Part shown: in pieces, positions 1 through 13,883 of the stretch
Position numbering within the stretch: position 1 is the first letter of the stretch
How the letters are laid out: every line of letters begins with the position of its first letter
Assembly (NCBI GenBank): GCA_050084985.1
Contig: JBITNC010000001.1
Coordinates: 154,008,001-154,072,000, forward strand
Length of the DNA: 64,000 bases
Direction: 5' to 3'
Source of the DNA: Nageia nagi
Taxonomy: Eukaryota; Plantae; Pinophyta
The notes under the pieces: generated by a model
What the model saw: the letters and a program-made list of their open reading frames with translations, nothing else
Told to the model about the DNA's origin: nothing
Databases searched by the model: none
Program-made: the position numbers and the translations under genes

Positions 1-312
1 CTCATTGTGTCTCCCTCCATTGTGTTGTTCATTGATGTGTATGTGTTGTCTCTTGTATACTGGTGTTGGAAGCTCCATTGTGTTGTGTTCATATCTATGA
101 GGCATTCATTGAGGTGCCAAGTGTTACTATGTTCCCTAAAGGGCTAATGTCAAGGTATAGGGGTTGCATAGAGGCCTTGGGACGCTCATGTCTGCATTAT
201 GGGGTGTTAGGGTGCCCTAGGGGCCCAACGTAGGTGTGCTATCTTCATTTGTCAAGGTTTTGAGTTGCATAGTTGGAGTCATTTGTACTGAAAGTGATTT
301 TAGATCATCACA
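1..312 (+). mobile_element. 3' end of an LTR (same family as the LTRs of the 12652-18190 element), truncated by the window edge
   Basis: Ends GTGATTTTAGATCATCACA at 294-312, the exact reverse complement of the first bases of the LTR at 12652. No PBS follows, so it is a 3' or solo LTR inserted into the Tat-type element. Confidence 0.75.
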
Positions 313-3300
313 GGGAGCCATTGATGAAACCCAATCCCCCTAATGATCTCCAAGTACCTCCAAATCAAGTATCTTCAAACAATCCCCCTCCACCTAGTCC
401 GGTTGTTCAACCAAGCATTCTTCAACAACAACTGGCATCCAGTATTCCTAGACCCCAATAGGCTCAACCATCACAAGGGAGACCCTTCATCAAGGCCAAG
501 CAGGGATTACTAGTAAGAAACAAACTCAAGCTAGGGAGGAGCTGGATGAGACCTCCTTTGATATCATTAAGACTCTCAAGCATACTAAAGTCAATGTCAA
601 CTTAATGGATTTGCTAGAGTATGAAGAGCATCACAAGCAAGCCATTAATCATCTAAAATCTAAGCAGACACAAAAGAAAGAATAGAGAAAAGTTTCAAAA
701 TGACAAGTGCAATTGGCTTCCCCACCAGTTGTTGAAAACCCCGCTACTGCTCAGGTCCAAATGGTGTTGAAGGCAAAAACACATACGCCTAGAAGAACTA
801 TTCTCCTTTCTTAATCACAATGAATGTGGCTGGGAAGAACATGCATAATTGCATGATGGATTCTAGTGTGGAAGCAAACATTATGCCATGGTAGGTGTGT
901 AAGGCATTGAACTTGCCCATTGTAGATAGCCCTGATGGTATCACCCAACTAGATGACACACCAGTGAAAGTAGTTGGAATGATCCACAACTTGCGCATCC
1001 AAATTGCATCCGAACCAAGGATTGAGAGAGACATAGATGTACAAGTGGTTCAGATACCATCCAAATACGGGATGTTGCTTAGCAAAGATTGCTCAAAGAC
1101 TTTGAATGGATTCTGGTTCATGTGTTTCAAATTACCGAGTATAACAATGTCAATCAAGTACCAATGGTAGAATGAGATTTGGGCATTTATTGTCTTGAAA
1201 TTAATAAACCATCTCCTACTAACAATCTTGTCCCATCCCCATGTCCTACTCCTGCCATCGCCAAAACCAAACAACTGGAAACTAAATGCTGGATTCTCAA
1301 ATTTGATGGATCCAAATCTAAAATGGGTGGAGCTGGAGTTGAATTGCAAAATCCAAAGGGTAAAAAATATCAAGTTTCTTTTAGATTCGAATTTCCTTGC
1401 ACATGCAACTCAGTAGAGTATGAAGCTTTAGTCCAATGCATGAGGATGGCACTAGCAAAAGGTGTTGAAAACTTGCTAGTAATGGGAGACTCAAAGCTTG
1501 TGTTTTGTTAGATTAAAGGCCAGTACGAGTGCAAAGATGATCGCCTCACTTAGTACAGAGCATGCGCATTGAGCCTAATTGGAGATTTCAAGGCCTTCAA
1601 TATCAAAATAGTACCTAGAAATTAGAACATGGTTGCAAACTCTTTAGCAGTGCTGGCTAGTACTTTTCAGCCTCTAGAGAACAACAAGCTAAAAAGATTC
1701 ACCATTAAAATGTTGTACTCACCTTATGTGCCAGACAACATTGGGACAATTCAGATTTTTGATTATGACAAATAGATTGAGAACTTCATGGCTAGTAAAA
1801 GAGTTTTTACCTCTCAACATATAGAAGACAAAAGTACCAACAAAGATGAAAGTCACTCAAAGGATGACAATGATGAGTATGTGGACAGCATCCTCCAGCT
1901 GAAAACCAATAAGCTTTCGAGGGGAATCATTGATCTTGAGAGATTGTTCGATCGAGATTTTATACAAGAGAATAGACCTTGGGAACATATTGATGTTGAA
2001 GAGATGGAGAAAATAAATTTAGGGACGGATCAAGACCCCTAGTACATACTTATCAGAAAATCTTGCCAAGGTAATCTTAGAGAAGAAACTATTAAGGATT
2101 TTTGAGAATACATTGGTTTGATTGCTTGGACCTATGAATAGCTCAAAACTTATAATCCAATTATAATCACTCACACCATACCTTTGAAGCCGAGAGCTAG
2201 GTCCTTTAGGGAAAAAAAGGCTTTTAAACCCTTTACTGAAACCCATGATTTTCCAAGAAGTCCAAAAGTTGGTCGAGTCGGGAATTATTTTCCTAGTTAG
2301 ACATTCCACATGGGTTGCCAACATTGTTCCTGTCCGGAAGAAGTTCGAAGAGATAAGATTGTGCATAGACTTCCAGCATCTTAATCAAGCCTTTGACAAG
2401 GACAACTATCCACTTCCATCACTTGATGAAGTCCTTCAGATGGTGAACAGTGCACAAGATGATGTCCTTCTTAGATGGGTATATGGTTACAACCAAGTCT
2501 TGGTGGACAAGAGGGATAGATTGAAAATAGCCTTAACCACCAAGTGGGGAACATTCGCATACAGTCGTATGCCATTTGCATTGATAAACGTCAATGCCAC
2601 ATTCCAGAGGGCCATGAATTTGCATTCAAGGGAATGGTAGGCACGAATATCATCATTTATAAGGATGACTTGATTGTATATTCGAAAGATTTGAATAACC
2701 ATTCATAGCATTTGAGGAAAATCTTCCAAAGGTTGAATTTGGAATATCCCTGAACCCCAAGAAATGTATATTTGGGGTCACCACGGGGAGATTGTTGAGG
2801 CATATTAACTCAGAGAAGAGAATTTCTATTGAACCTGAGAGGCTAATAGCCATAGAGAAGATTTCTTATCCATCCACTTTAAAAGAATTCAGATGCTTAT
2901 TGGGAAAGATTAATTTTGTTCATAAGTTCATATCGAGGTATGTTGCGATGATGAAGAAGGATGATAAGATAAAATGGAAAAATGAGGCAAAGAAGGCCTT
3001 TCATGATATCAAGGAGGCTATCACCAAAGCATCGATCCTCACCAACTTGGATTATAAGAAAGCCTTCTATCTCTATTCTTTTGCCTCGTAGCATTCAGTG
3101 GCAGGGGTGTTAACTCAGAAAGATGATGAAGAAAGAGAGAAGCCTATTGCATTCATGAGTGCCCCATTAAAGGAAGTTGCTCTCAATTATCCCATGCTAG
3201 ATAAGCAGGCATATGCCTTAGTCCGAGCTTTGAAGAAGTTCTACCACTACATCTTGTGCAATCTTATAATTGTTGTAGTGCCTGATCCGCCTATCAAGAA

Positions 3301-4500
3301 TTTGCTTTCACAATAAGAGTTAGGGGTTCAGAGGGGCAATTGGGTTTCTACTTTGCAAGAGTTTGATTTGACCATCCAACCGATGAAAATTGTAAGAGGG
3401 CAAGGACTCTCAAACCCTAGGATCTTGTCAAGATGAAAGGATATCCGAGTTTTTCAAAAATAGCACTAGTTCAATTTCGAGTATTTTGCAGATTTCTACT
3501 TCACCTTAGTCTTGGTATACTAAGGTTGTACAATACATTACCTCGAGAGAATATCCTCCCAAATTTGTCTCACCCAGAAGAGAGCCTTGAGGTATAGGGA
3601 GGCCAAATTCATAATCAAATATGGGGTCCTCTATAGGATGAATTTCCATGGTTTGTACCTACGATGCTTAGAAAAAGAGGAAGCCATAAAATCCTCGAAG
3701 AACTATTGGTCGTACCTATTCCAAGATGCCCACCAATATGCGAACACCTATCACGATTGCCAGACCGTTGCTAGGAGGGAAAACATTTCAAGAATGCCAT
3801 TGCAGCCAGTTCTAGATTCCAAGCCATTTGCTACATGGGGATTGGACTTTGTAGGAGTGATTAATCCCAATTCCTCCAAGAGACATCAGTTCATCTTGAC
3901 CGCAATGGATTATTGTACCCAATGGACTGAAGAAATTGCAACCAAGAAGGCCACGTCTGAAGTGGTCATTCAATTCCTTGAGGAATACATTTTGACCTGG
4001 TTTGGCACTCTATTCTCTATTGTGTGTGACAATGGTTTAGGGTTCAGCTCTGCCAAGTTCTCAGATTGGGCCATGGCCCATAATATCTCTTTGACATTTT
4101 CAGCCAACTATGATTCTTAGGGGAATGGCTTGGTCGAGTCTACAAATAACAACTTGTTAACCGTCTTGAAGAAATTGCTGGACAGGAACCCCAGAGATTG
4201 GCATAGCAAGCTAAAGTATGCTTTATGGGAAGATTGGATAAGGACTAAGAATGCACTTGGGATGAGCCTCTTTCAACTAGTTTATGGAGGAGAGCCAGTG
4301 TTTCCTACACAACTCAAGATTGGCACATTGTAATTTATACGAGATTACATTGAGATTGATGATGCCCTAGAGGCACAATTGGTCCAATTGACACATTTAG
4401 AAGAAAAAAGGGACCAAGCATTTCAGAATCTTATCTTGTAGCAATTGGAAACAAAGAGATGGTTTGATCGCAATACCAAGGTGACAAGTTATAAGTTATA
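313..4500 (+). mobile_element. Decayed Ty3/gypsy Tat-type gag-pol, domain order PR - archaeal-type RNase H - RT - RNase H - integrase
   Basis: PR: CMMDSSVEANIMP (~850) and ORF 895-1170. aRH: WILKFDGSKSKMGGAGV...NSVEYEAL...VMGDSKLV (ORF 1179-1511). RT: STWVANIVPVRKK..IRLCIDF..LN, YSRMPFALIN (2245-2640). RH: KPIAFMSAPL..YPMLDKQAYALV (3098-3316). INT: PFATWGLDFVG, DYCTQW, IVCDNG, GNGLVESTN (3587-4333). Many stops and frameshifts. Confidence 0.9.
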
Positions 4501-4556
4501 AGTCCTGGTGACATGAAAAGAAACCTTGGGGTAGAGAGTCATTTCAAGTGGGAGTA

Positions 4557-5894
4557 TGTGAGGATCCAAAAATATTCTCAATAAAAAAAAAACAACATTA
4601 GGGTTTTTGCAACCTTTAAACAACAAACGGCCACACCACAATGCAAGCACAACCCCAACGATTGCTCTCTAGGGCACACAACAACTCCACAATACCAATG
4701 TGGGTCTTCCAAAGCCCCCACACTGCACACAACACCAAATGATGACCACACAATGCTGATGTCATCCCTTAGGGCTTCCCCAACACCATGCAAACCCTAC
4801 AATTGCTCCACAATACAATTGCACAACACAAGAATGCTGATGATGGGTATACTAAGCAATATAACACAAGTATAAAGCTTCCAACACCAATATATTACAA
4901 CGCATGGAACATACAATGATATAACAAAAACACAATGCGTCAAGGGCTAACACATGCATACAAGAACACAATGAGATGGAACTGAACGAACTGCCTGTAT
5001 GGCTTGAGATACTATGAATGAACAATGGAGATAAACAAACTGATCTAGGGTTCCAAACCCTCTATGCAGATCCAAACTGTAGGATTAGACTAACTCCCTC
5101 AGCTCCCTGAATCCCCTCTTGCGGAGGAGTCTCCTCGAACCTTGGCAACCAATGAAGGTAGAAGCTTGTCCTTGGAATTCCACTGGATGGGCTAGGTGAC
5201 CCACCTAAGCCGTAAAATGTCACGCTCCCAACCCTGCCACTTGTCTAGACACCATCTAGTAATAGTTGTTCAGCATTGCTAAGACTTTGTTGCCTGATCA
5301 GGACTGGTATAGAAAGTGTATGATAAGTGGTACCTCATAATGGGGCCTCATCCCCTATATATAGTCTCTCATGTACACAGATCATGCCTTGTTATCACCC
5401 CAAGCCATTTCTAATCCATTGTTGCGGTCAACAAGTCAATCATGCCAACGTGGGGGTCATATTGGCTCAGTACACCAACATGGGGTCATAAAGGCCCTCA
5501 AGGTTAATGTGGGGTCCAAATGGCCTTCTAGGCTAATGTGGGTGTATCTAACATCTCATGAGTCAACGTGGGGTGTGTGGGGTCCTCCCAACATTGGCAT
5601 GCTCCTCTGTGCACCTCCAACATGCATGACACATGATGACTACCTTGGGATTCCCACAATCCGGGATCACCCATGAACTACAGACAACAAATTGGGATTC
5701 CCACAATTCGGGATAACCCATCACAACACACAACATCACTACTCAAGGGGATACGTCCCATTACTAGGCTCACAATGGGATCCACAGACCATAAGCTCTT
5801 GCTTGAGTTAGACATACACAACATGAACATGAACAAACACTAGAATACAAAGGGCCATGATACAATAGATCATTGGCTCGAACGGGACGTCACA
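4557..5894 (-). repeat. 3' LTR of element A (1338 bp)
   Basis: TGTGAGGATCC...GACGTCACA, co-linear with 8815-9988, abuts the PPT. Confidence 0.9.
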
Positions 5895-5908
5895 AAGCCT
5901 CCCCTCTT
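5895..5908 (-). other. Polypurine tract of element A
   Basis: Minus strand reads AAGAGGGGAGGCTT immediately before the LTR TG. Confidence 0.8.
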
Positions 5909-8800
5909 GAATTGCTTGTCCTCAACCAATGTTAAGAGACAGCTATGGATTGTCTTCCAAGAATCCTTTGGTGCCTTCAATTGCACTACCCTTATTTGGA
6001 AAACTGTTGTGACTTCTAATCCTTTTTACTACAGTGGATCCCTCGATTTGAACACTTCTATGATCTGCAAACTCTTGAGTTTTCCAAGACACTCCTCCCT
6101 CAGCATATGTTCGTGGAAGAACCTTCTCAACCGTGGTAGTGAATGCATTCCCACATAGAGTTGTACCTGCAAAAACCTATAGAAGATAACTGTCAGCACA
6201 AAATGTGTTGGGCCTAGGTCCATCTTAGGATTCCTATAACTCTCAACAATGATGGTCTACCCAAATCTCAACATTGGGTTCCAGAATTCCTGGACCCTGG
6301 ACATGTTTACTCTTGCCTCCCCAAAACTCAACGTGGGGTCCCAACGTTCTTGGATACCCAATGTGGTTGCTCTGGTCATGTGTGCGGTCCTCACCTCCTT
6401 GAACCCCCAACATGGCTACCTGTCCTGACTCAACATCCAACTCTACCAACTCCAATCAGTTATTGGTCTTTTGTGTGTCCTCATCTCACAATCCTTGTAG
6501 TGTGTATTCCACCCCATCTATCTCAAATCTCATAGTAAGGTTTTGGTAGTTGGTGTGAATATTACCCAACTTGAATAGCCATTGTACTCCAAGGATGATA
6601 TGTGGATGTCCCTTGAGTGGATAAAGGTAGAAGTCCTCCCTCATCACACAGCCCTGCAATCTGACTCCAAGCCTTTCTACAATTTGATCCACCAATGTGA
6701 GCTTTCCATTAGCATTGGAATATCAAAAGCCTTCAAAACCCTTGGTCTTCAAATCCTTCCTCTTAGCAAAGTTGATGTAGATGAAGTTGTGGGAGGCTCT
6801 AAGGTCTATCATCACCATGATGTATTGGCCACATGCTTGCCCAATCAGCTTCAGTGTTAGAAACTTCACCCCATGGAGTGAAGCCACCATGCTTTCTAAC
6901 ATGCCCTCTGCATGCAGTAGCCGTGAGTCATCCAGCCCTTCATTCAATTCCATCTTTGACTCCTTTGAACTTCCCATAGAATACACTTCAATGAAGTGCA
7001 CTTGCCCCTTACCCAAGCAACGTTGTTCGGGCTCCCAAATCTTCTTGCAATAGAAGCACTTGCCCTCTTCCCTCAGCTTTTTCCTAATAGTTGCATCCAA
7101 CTGGTTCGATCTAGGCATGGGAGGTGCTTTGACCTTGCTAGGTCCTTTGAACATCCTCTGACTTGGTGGTTCCTTCCTGGCCAATCCTCCCCTAAGGGAT
7201 TTCACGGTAGGCTCCAAGTCATATGCTGCCCAAATGGCATCATCCAAGGTCCTAGGGTAAGAAACCTTGACCATCCCTCTCAATGGCTCCATCAACCCTT
7301 TGATGAAGAGGAATGTTAGCCTCTCTTCTAAAATGTGGTGGATCATCACCACGATTTTCTGAAACTCAATTACAAACTCGTCCACCATCTCCATCTACCT
7401 CAACGAATTCAAGTTCTGGAAGTAGTCGTTCTCCTTCTTCTGGTCAAATCTTTTCACTAGCTACCTAGTGAACTTCTCGAACTTGGTGATGTATGCATAC
7501 CCTTGGCTCACAATGCCATGACGCCACCACTCCAATGCATCACCCTCAAGATTTAAAGATGCAAATTTGATGGCCTCCTTTTCCATCATGCTAGGGTTCA
7601 ACACGAAGTATGTCTGTAATTGGTGCACCCAAGCCCTTGTTGTCATATTCTTCCCCTCGAATGTGGGCATTTGCATCTTGCTGATCTTATGCTGCAAGTC
7701 CCTCTTTCCTTCCCATTGTCATCCAGACTGATGTTGGCCATGTGAACCTCCCTTCAAGCCTAACAACTCCAAGTAATTGCTGAAATTGATATCTTGTCTC
7801 ACTTCCTGATGAAGCATGTTGTAATCCTTGTAATGCTTGTTCAGGTCTAATGGACAAGGTAACCTTGCCTTTGAATCCTCACCTCCTTTTTGCGCAAACA
7901 TAGGCTTATTCGGCCTTGGAATAATGGGCTGGTCATGCATTCCTCCAACATTGGCCTCCAAGTAGTGTTTTAAGATGGGGCTTTCCTGCTGTGGCATCCT
8001 TTGCGATTGAGATCTATGGAATTGTGGCACAAATTGTTCCCTGGACCCTCTAATGGAATCCCTATCCCTCATGCTTTTGGTTCTCCTCAACGAGTGCTTC
8101 CCATCTATCCGATCCTCCTCCGAAGACTCCCTGGAGTCATCCCCATCATGACTTGGAGATGGGGTTGCCTCCTTGGTGTGACGTGGGTCCTGTAACCCTC
8201 ATGGGTTTGACATGGTCCCTCCTACCCATCATTGTGTTATTGTTGGCCTTCAAGACCTTCTCTTTCTCTCCGTTGGGCCCCATGACCCCTTTGAGTATGA
8301 GATGGCTCCAGATCTTCTGCCTCATCTTCTTGTGGACCCAATCCTTCATCTCTGGTTCTCCATCCATACCTCCTATCTAAATTATGTCTTGAAGGCTCTA
8401 GATCCTCTTGGACATGGCTTCATGGCTTGGGCTCCTCTCTCCCCTATCTTCTTCATTGATTTCCTTCTTCAGATTTGCTCCAATACCAATCCATCCTTTG
8501 CTCCATGGATCTTATGGATCAGGTCATGCTATGTAGAGCTGAGATCAATGCCCTAAACTCCCATTTAGATGTGCCATCTCAATTCTTCCTCCTTTCGATT
8601 TGTGGTTCCTCTTGCAAAACTTCCTCATACCTTTGGTCATGGATATCTATCTCGTCTTCCATCCAGTGTCATGGCTCTTCATCTTGGTGGCCATCTTCGG
8701 ATCTCCCACTCTTCTTGGTGGATGACATCTCTCTCTATTACTAGATCTGGTGTAATATTTGTGGACCTTAGATCTCATACAATAGGCTAGCAAAATCCAA

Positions 8801-8812
8801 GCTCTGATACCA
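8801..8812 (-). other. Primer-binding site (tRNA-iMet) of element A
   Basis: Minus strand TGGTATCAGAGC, 2 nt from the 5' LTR end. Confidence 0.9.
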
Positions 8813-8814
8813 CT

Positions 8815-9988
8815 TGTGAGGATCCAAAATTATCCTCAATCAAAAACAAACAACACTAACGTTTCTACAACCCTCAAACACCAAACGACCACACCACAAT
8901 GCAAGCACAACCCCAATGATTTCCCTCTAGGGCACACAACAACTCCACAATACCAACGTGGGTCTTTCAAAGCCCCCACACTGCACAACACCAAATGATG
9001 ACCACACAATGCTGACGTCAGCCCCTAGGGCTTTCCCAACACCATGCAAACCCAAGTATGAAGCTTCCAACACCAATATATTACAACGCATGGAACATAC
9101 AATGATATAACAACAACACAATGCCTCAAGGGCTGATGCATGCATACATCAACACAATGAGAAGGAACATAACAAATTGCCTGTATGGCTTGAGATACTA
9201 TGAATGAACAATGGAGATACACAAATTGATCTAGGGTTCCAAACCCTCTATGTAGATCCAAACCATAGGATTAGACTAACTCCCTCAGCTATCCGAATCT
9301 CCTCCTATGAAGGAGTCTCCTCGAACCTTGGTGATCAATGAAGGTAGAATCTCATCCTCGAAATTCCACTGGATGGGCTAGGTGACCCACCTAAGCCGTA
9401 GAATGTCAGGCTCCCAACCCTGCTACTTCTCTAGACTCCGTCTAGGAATACTTGCTCAGCACCGCTAAGATTTTGTTGCCCAATCGAGACTGGTATAGAA
9501 AGTGTATGATAACTGGTACCTCATTATGGGGCCTCATCCCCTATATATAGTATCTCATGTACACGAATCATGCCTTGTTATCACCCCAAGCCATTTCTAA
9601 TCCATCGTTGGGGTCAACAAGTCAACCATGCCAACGTGGAGTCATAAAGGCTCTCAAGGTTGACGTGGGATCCAAATGGCCTTCTAGGCTGATGTGGGGT
9701 CCCTCCAACACTAGCACACTCCTCCGTGCACCTCCAACATGCATGACACATGACTACCTTGGGATTCTCACAATCTAGGATCACCCATGAACTACACACA
9801 ACACATTGGGATTCCCACAATCTGGGATAACCCATCACAACACACATCGTCCCATTATTGGGCTCACACTAGAGTCCATAAACCATAAGCTCCTACTTCA
9901 GTTATACATACACAACATGAACATGAAGAAACACTAGAATACAAAGGGCCATGATACAATTGATCATTGGTTCAAACAGGACGTCACA
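8815..9988 (-). repeat. 5' LTR of element A (1174 bp)
   Basis: Co-linear with 4557-5894 but with several internal deletions. Confidence 0.9.
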
Positions 9989-9993
9989 GAGTA

Positions 9994-11542
9994 GGTAATG
10001 CTACTTCACCTAAGTTATTGAGTTCATTCCCAGTATTGCTTGCAACCTTGATAGGGGAGAAAGGAAAACACACCAACAGGAGGATGGGAGATCGGATGGT
10101 CACAAGGAGCCTGAGCTCCACCCATTTACACTCACTTTTGTTTTCTTGTTTGTAGGAACCCCATTCTGAATACAACATTGCTCGGCCCATTGGTGAATAG
10201 TCTTAACTTTTGACATCAACACCAAAGGATTCTTGGAAGACAATGTGTTGCAATATTCCACCATTGCTTGAGGGCAAGCAATATTAGGAGGGAGGCTTTG
10301 TGACATCCCTTTTGTATCATATAAAATATTTATAATGGCCAAAAGGCCTATCTTAGTAATATTCTATTAGTAGTGTGTTATGTGTAACTTGGGATAGGAG
10401 TTTAATTGGTCACTAGACCCCAATGTGAGCCTCTAGTGGGACCTCTCCCTCCAAGTGTAGAATAGGATAAAATTAAGTATACTTGGAGATCCCGAACTTG
10501 ATTGTGGAAATCCCAAGATCTTGTATGCTTAAATAACCAGGATGGAGGATTGCATGCTTGTGTCAGACTTAGGGAATCCCCTAGACCCCACCTTGGCACA
10601 TCCCAAACTCCCAGGCTTCCATGCATGACACCTAGACCCATGTGGGCATGCGTGTCACCCCTAGACCCTACGCTAGCATTTATGGGACCCGAGAATCCCA
10701 CGTTGGCATGTCTGACATCTAGGCACCCACGTTGGGCATCCTAAGCCCTCTAGAGACTAATGTTGGGGCCTAAGAGCCTAGTGATGATTCCAAGGTGAGA
10801 TCCAGGACTTGGAAAGGAGTATAAGAAGACTTGGAGCTTCATTTGCTATGAAGATTTGATTATTATTACCTTTAAACTTCTACTTTGTCCGATGGACAAA
10901 ACCTTAGCAGAGCGCTAAGTGTATTCCTTAGGTGAAGCACCTAAAAAGGTTGTTAGGCTGAGGGATCTTGGCAATCTATGACATTGGTGGAGCACCTTTG
11001 CCCATCTGGTGGTATTTCAAGGTGAAGTCTCTACCACTTTCATGGTTATCCAAATCTAAGGAGGGATCCTTCAGTGGGGAGGAGTCAAGTTGTGAGGAGG
11101 TGCTACTATCCCATTGTTCGACCAACAACACAAGGAGAGTTTGTCCGACCCATTTCAACTTGTAGGAGGCTAACATCTACCCTTTTGGGCTTGGTTTTGT
11201 ATTGTTGAGCACTGTATATCATAAACATAAGTCATGGGCATTTGGATCTCAACATTTGCATTCATATTGTGGCATTGTTTAGTGTGTTTGTACATGTGTA
11301 GGCCACATGTTGGCTTTGTGAGCTTGTTGTGTTTGTATAAAGGTGTAATTGGCCATTCATTGGCATTGTGTGATGTATAAATGCTAGGGAGACCCATCGT
11401 TGGCATTATTTAGTGGTATTGTGCTTGTGGGAGTCCAACATTGGCATACTAGGGTTTGTGTTGCATATTGTGGATGACCTAGTTGGATAATTTGAAATTG
11501 AATTTACTGATATTTGCTTGAGATATGTTTTGGATCATTATA
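9994..11542 (+). mobile_element. 3' end of related element D: internal tail, PPT and 3' LTR (10299-11542)
   Basis: Internal tail encodes TPKDSWKT...PLLEGKQY, like the tails of A and B. PPT AGGAGGGAGGCTT ends at 10298. LTR starts TGTGACATCCC and ends TTTTGGATCATTATA. Confidence 0.75.
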
Positions 11543-12651
11543 ATTAATGCTAAAACGATGAAGTACAATGCTCAAAAAGCATTCCAAAGGGCCTCTAGGA
11601 TTGGATGAATGCCTCAAAAGGCTTGAAATGCTGGTACAATGGCCAAAATGGCTAGATGTTTGGCTTACTGGCCAGATTTGGTGTCTCTGCAAGCTGAATG
11701 TCTCTCCAAACCAGACGTCACACCTTTGAGGTTGCAATTAAATGTTGAAGGTCTTCACAAGAGCTTGATGAGGCTCCACGACTAGTAGGGGTTTAATGAG
11801 GGTTCTCCAAAGGGAACGAAAGCTTGATGAGGCTTTCGATCTAGAGAACAAGAGTGGCAATGGCCAAATTTGACAAGAGAATGAGTGAGTATGTAATGTA
11901 CTATTCTAGTGTTTATATAATTTTCAATATAATTCCTCATTCATTCACAAATTATGACACAATTGTAAATTCTTAACAACCATCCAAACATGCACTCAAG
12001 CTTGAATTATAACATCAGTAACCAAATTTGATATGAAGCTCATACAACATGTGAAAATGACCAAACTAGGGAAAAATTGCAGATTTGTAACTTAACATAA
12101 ATGTCATCAAAATACCCTAATCCGCATATATTCCCATGCACAACGAATGGTAATAGTACAATAGTAATAAAGGAACATTCATTCACATTTGATTAGCAAT
12201 ATGAGAGCTGAATATTATGAATAATAACCAAAAATAAGTATAGGGTTGTAACAAGCTTATAACAAGTTTTAGAGCTGTAAAATCCCAAATATTCTCCGAA
12301 ATAAGAATTAGCCAAATATTAAATAATGAATATCAAATTAGGCTCCTAGGCATGCCATGAACTGTTTTAGAGCATCAAACATGTACAACAATATGCCAGA
12401 AAATTGAATGATGCACTCTTTGAACTAGAAATCACTATTGCAAGCCAACATCACCCTGGGGATTACATATGATCCCAGAAATATGATGTCACACCAAGAG
12501 GAATGAAATATCACCAAACACCAAAATATGAGATAAGTATTAGAGATCAAATGTGCCACGATTCAATTAATGACAAAATGATGAGTACAATACAAACCAG
12601 GCCCTCAAGGGCTCAACGTTGGCCTCCAAGGAGCCAACTAGGGCACACTGA

Positions 12652-13883
12652 TGTGATGATCTAAAATCACCCTCAACAAAATCAATTCCAACTAGGACAT
12701 TCAAACCCTCAACCAATGATGCAAACAAGCCCATGTTGGGCCCCTAGGGCACCCAAACCCACTATAATGCAAGCATGAGCCTCCCAAGGCTTCCATGTGA
12801 CCCCTATACCTTGGCATCAGCCCTCTATTGCACTATCCAACACTTGGCACCTCAACAAATGCCTCACAAATGAATATGCAATGCTTGAACACCCACGAAT
12901 GCAAGACAGATTGAACAACACAAGAACGAAGCTTCCAACACCAGTATATAAGATACACAACACATACAATGGACAACACAATGATGAGAGATGCAATATG
13001 TAATTTATTATGGTATGGAGATGGAGTACAATGAGGATCTCAACAAATCAGATCTAGGGTTCCAAACCCTTACAAGCTGAACATACAAACGGGATTAGAC
13101 TCACTCCCTCAGCTACTCAAATCCCCTCCTGCGAAGGAGTCCCCTCGAATACTGGCAATCACTGAAGTTAGAAGCTCATCCTTAGAATTCCACCGGATGG
13201 GCTAGGTGACCACCTAAGCTGTAGAATGTCAGGCTCACAACCCTACCACTCCTCTAGACCTCATCTAGGAATAATGCTCAGTGCTGCCAAGATTTGAATG
13301 TCCAACCAAGATCGGTATAGAAGAACTATAATCAATAGCTAACCTCATCATGGAGCTCCATCCTCAATATATAGCTTCTCGTGTCCATCTGTCATGCCTC
13401 GTTATCATCCCAAGCCAAGTCTAATCCAACATTGGTGTCAACAAGTCAACCATGCCAACATGGGGTCATATTGGCCAGTATGCTAACATGGGGTCCCATG
13501 GGCCCATTATGTCAAAGTGGGGGTCATAAAGGCCCTCAAGGCTGATGTGGGGTCTAATGAGTCTCCTAAGCTGACGTGGGGGTCCAAGTAGCCTCATAAG
13601 CCAACATGGGGTATGTGGGGCCCTCCCAACACTGGTATGCTCCTCTGTGCACTCTAAAATATACAAGAATCATTCCTATCTAGGCATTCCCATAATCCAG
13701 GATAACCCACTACAATTAACACAACACTAATCAAGGAGAGACATCCCATTACTAGGCTCACAGTGGGGTCTGCAGACCATAAGCTCTTGCTTGAGTTACA
13801 CAAGTGCAACATGACCCTAAACAAACACTAGAATACAAAGTGACCATGATACATTTTATCATTGGTCAAAATGGGATGTCACA
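12652..13883 (-). repeat. 3' LTR of element B (1232 bp)
   Basis: TGTGATGATC...GGATGTCACA, co-linear with 16988-18190. Confidence 0.9.

Larger units (their letters stand above)
4557..9988 (-). mobile_element. Complete non-autonomous Ty3/gypsy LTR retrotransposon A (gag + protease, no RT/RH/INT)
   Basis: LTRs 4557-5894 and 8815-9988, both TG...CA. Perfect TSD GAGTA at 4552-4556 and 9989-9993. PBS at 8801-8812 and PPT next to 5894. Gag fragments MPTFEGK..AWVHQLQTYF..LEGDALEWW and CFYCKKIWEPEQRC; protease VMIDLRASHNFI. Internal region is only 2.9 kb. Confidence 0.93.

Noticed and set aside
8801-8812. tRNA gene
   Set aside because: Only a 12-nt complement of the tRNA-iMet 3' end (a PBS), with no cloverleaf.
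1-11542. LTRs at 1-312 and 10299-11542 as the paired LTRs of one autonomous element around the Tat pol
   Set aside because: No PBS follows 312, the sequence after it starts mid-gag, and the two LTR ends are too dissimilar.
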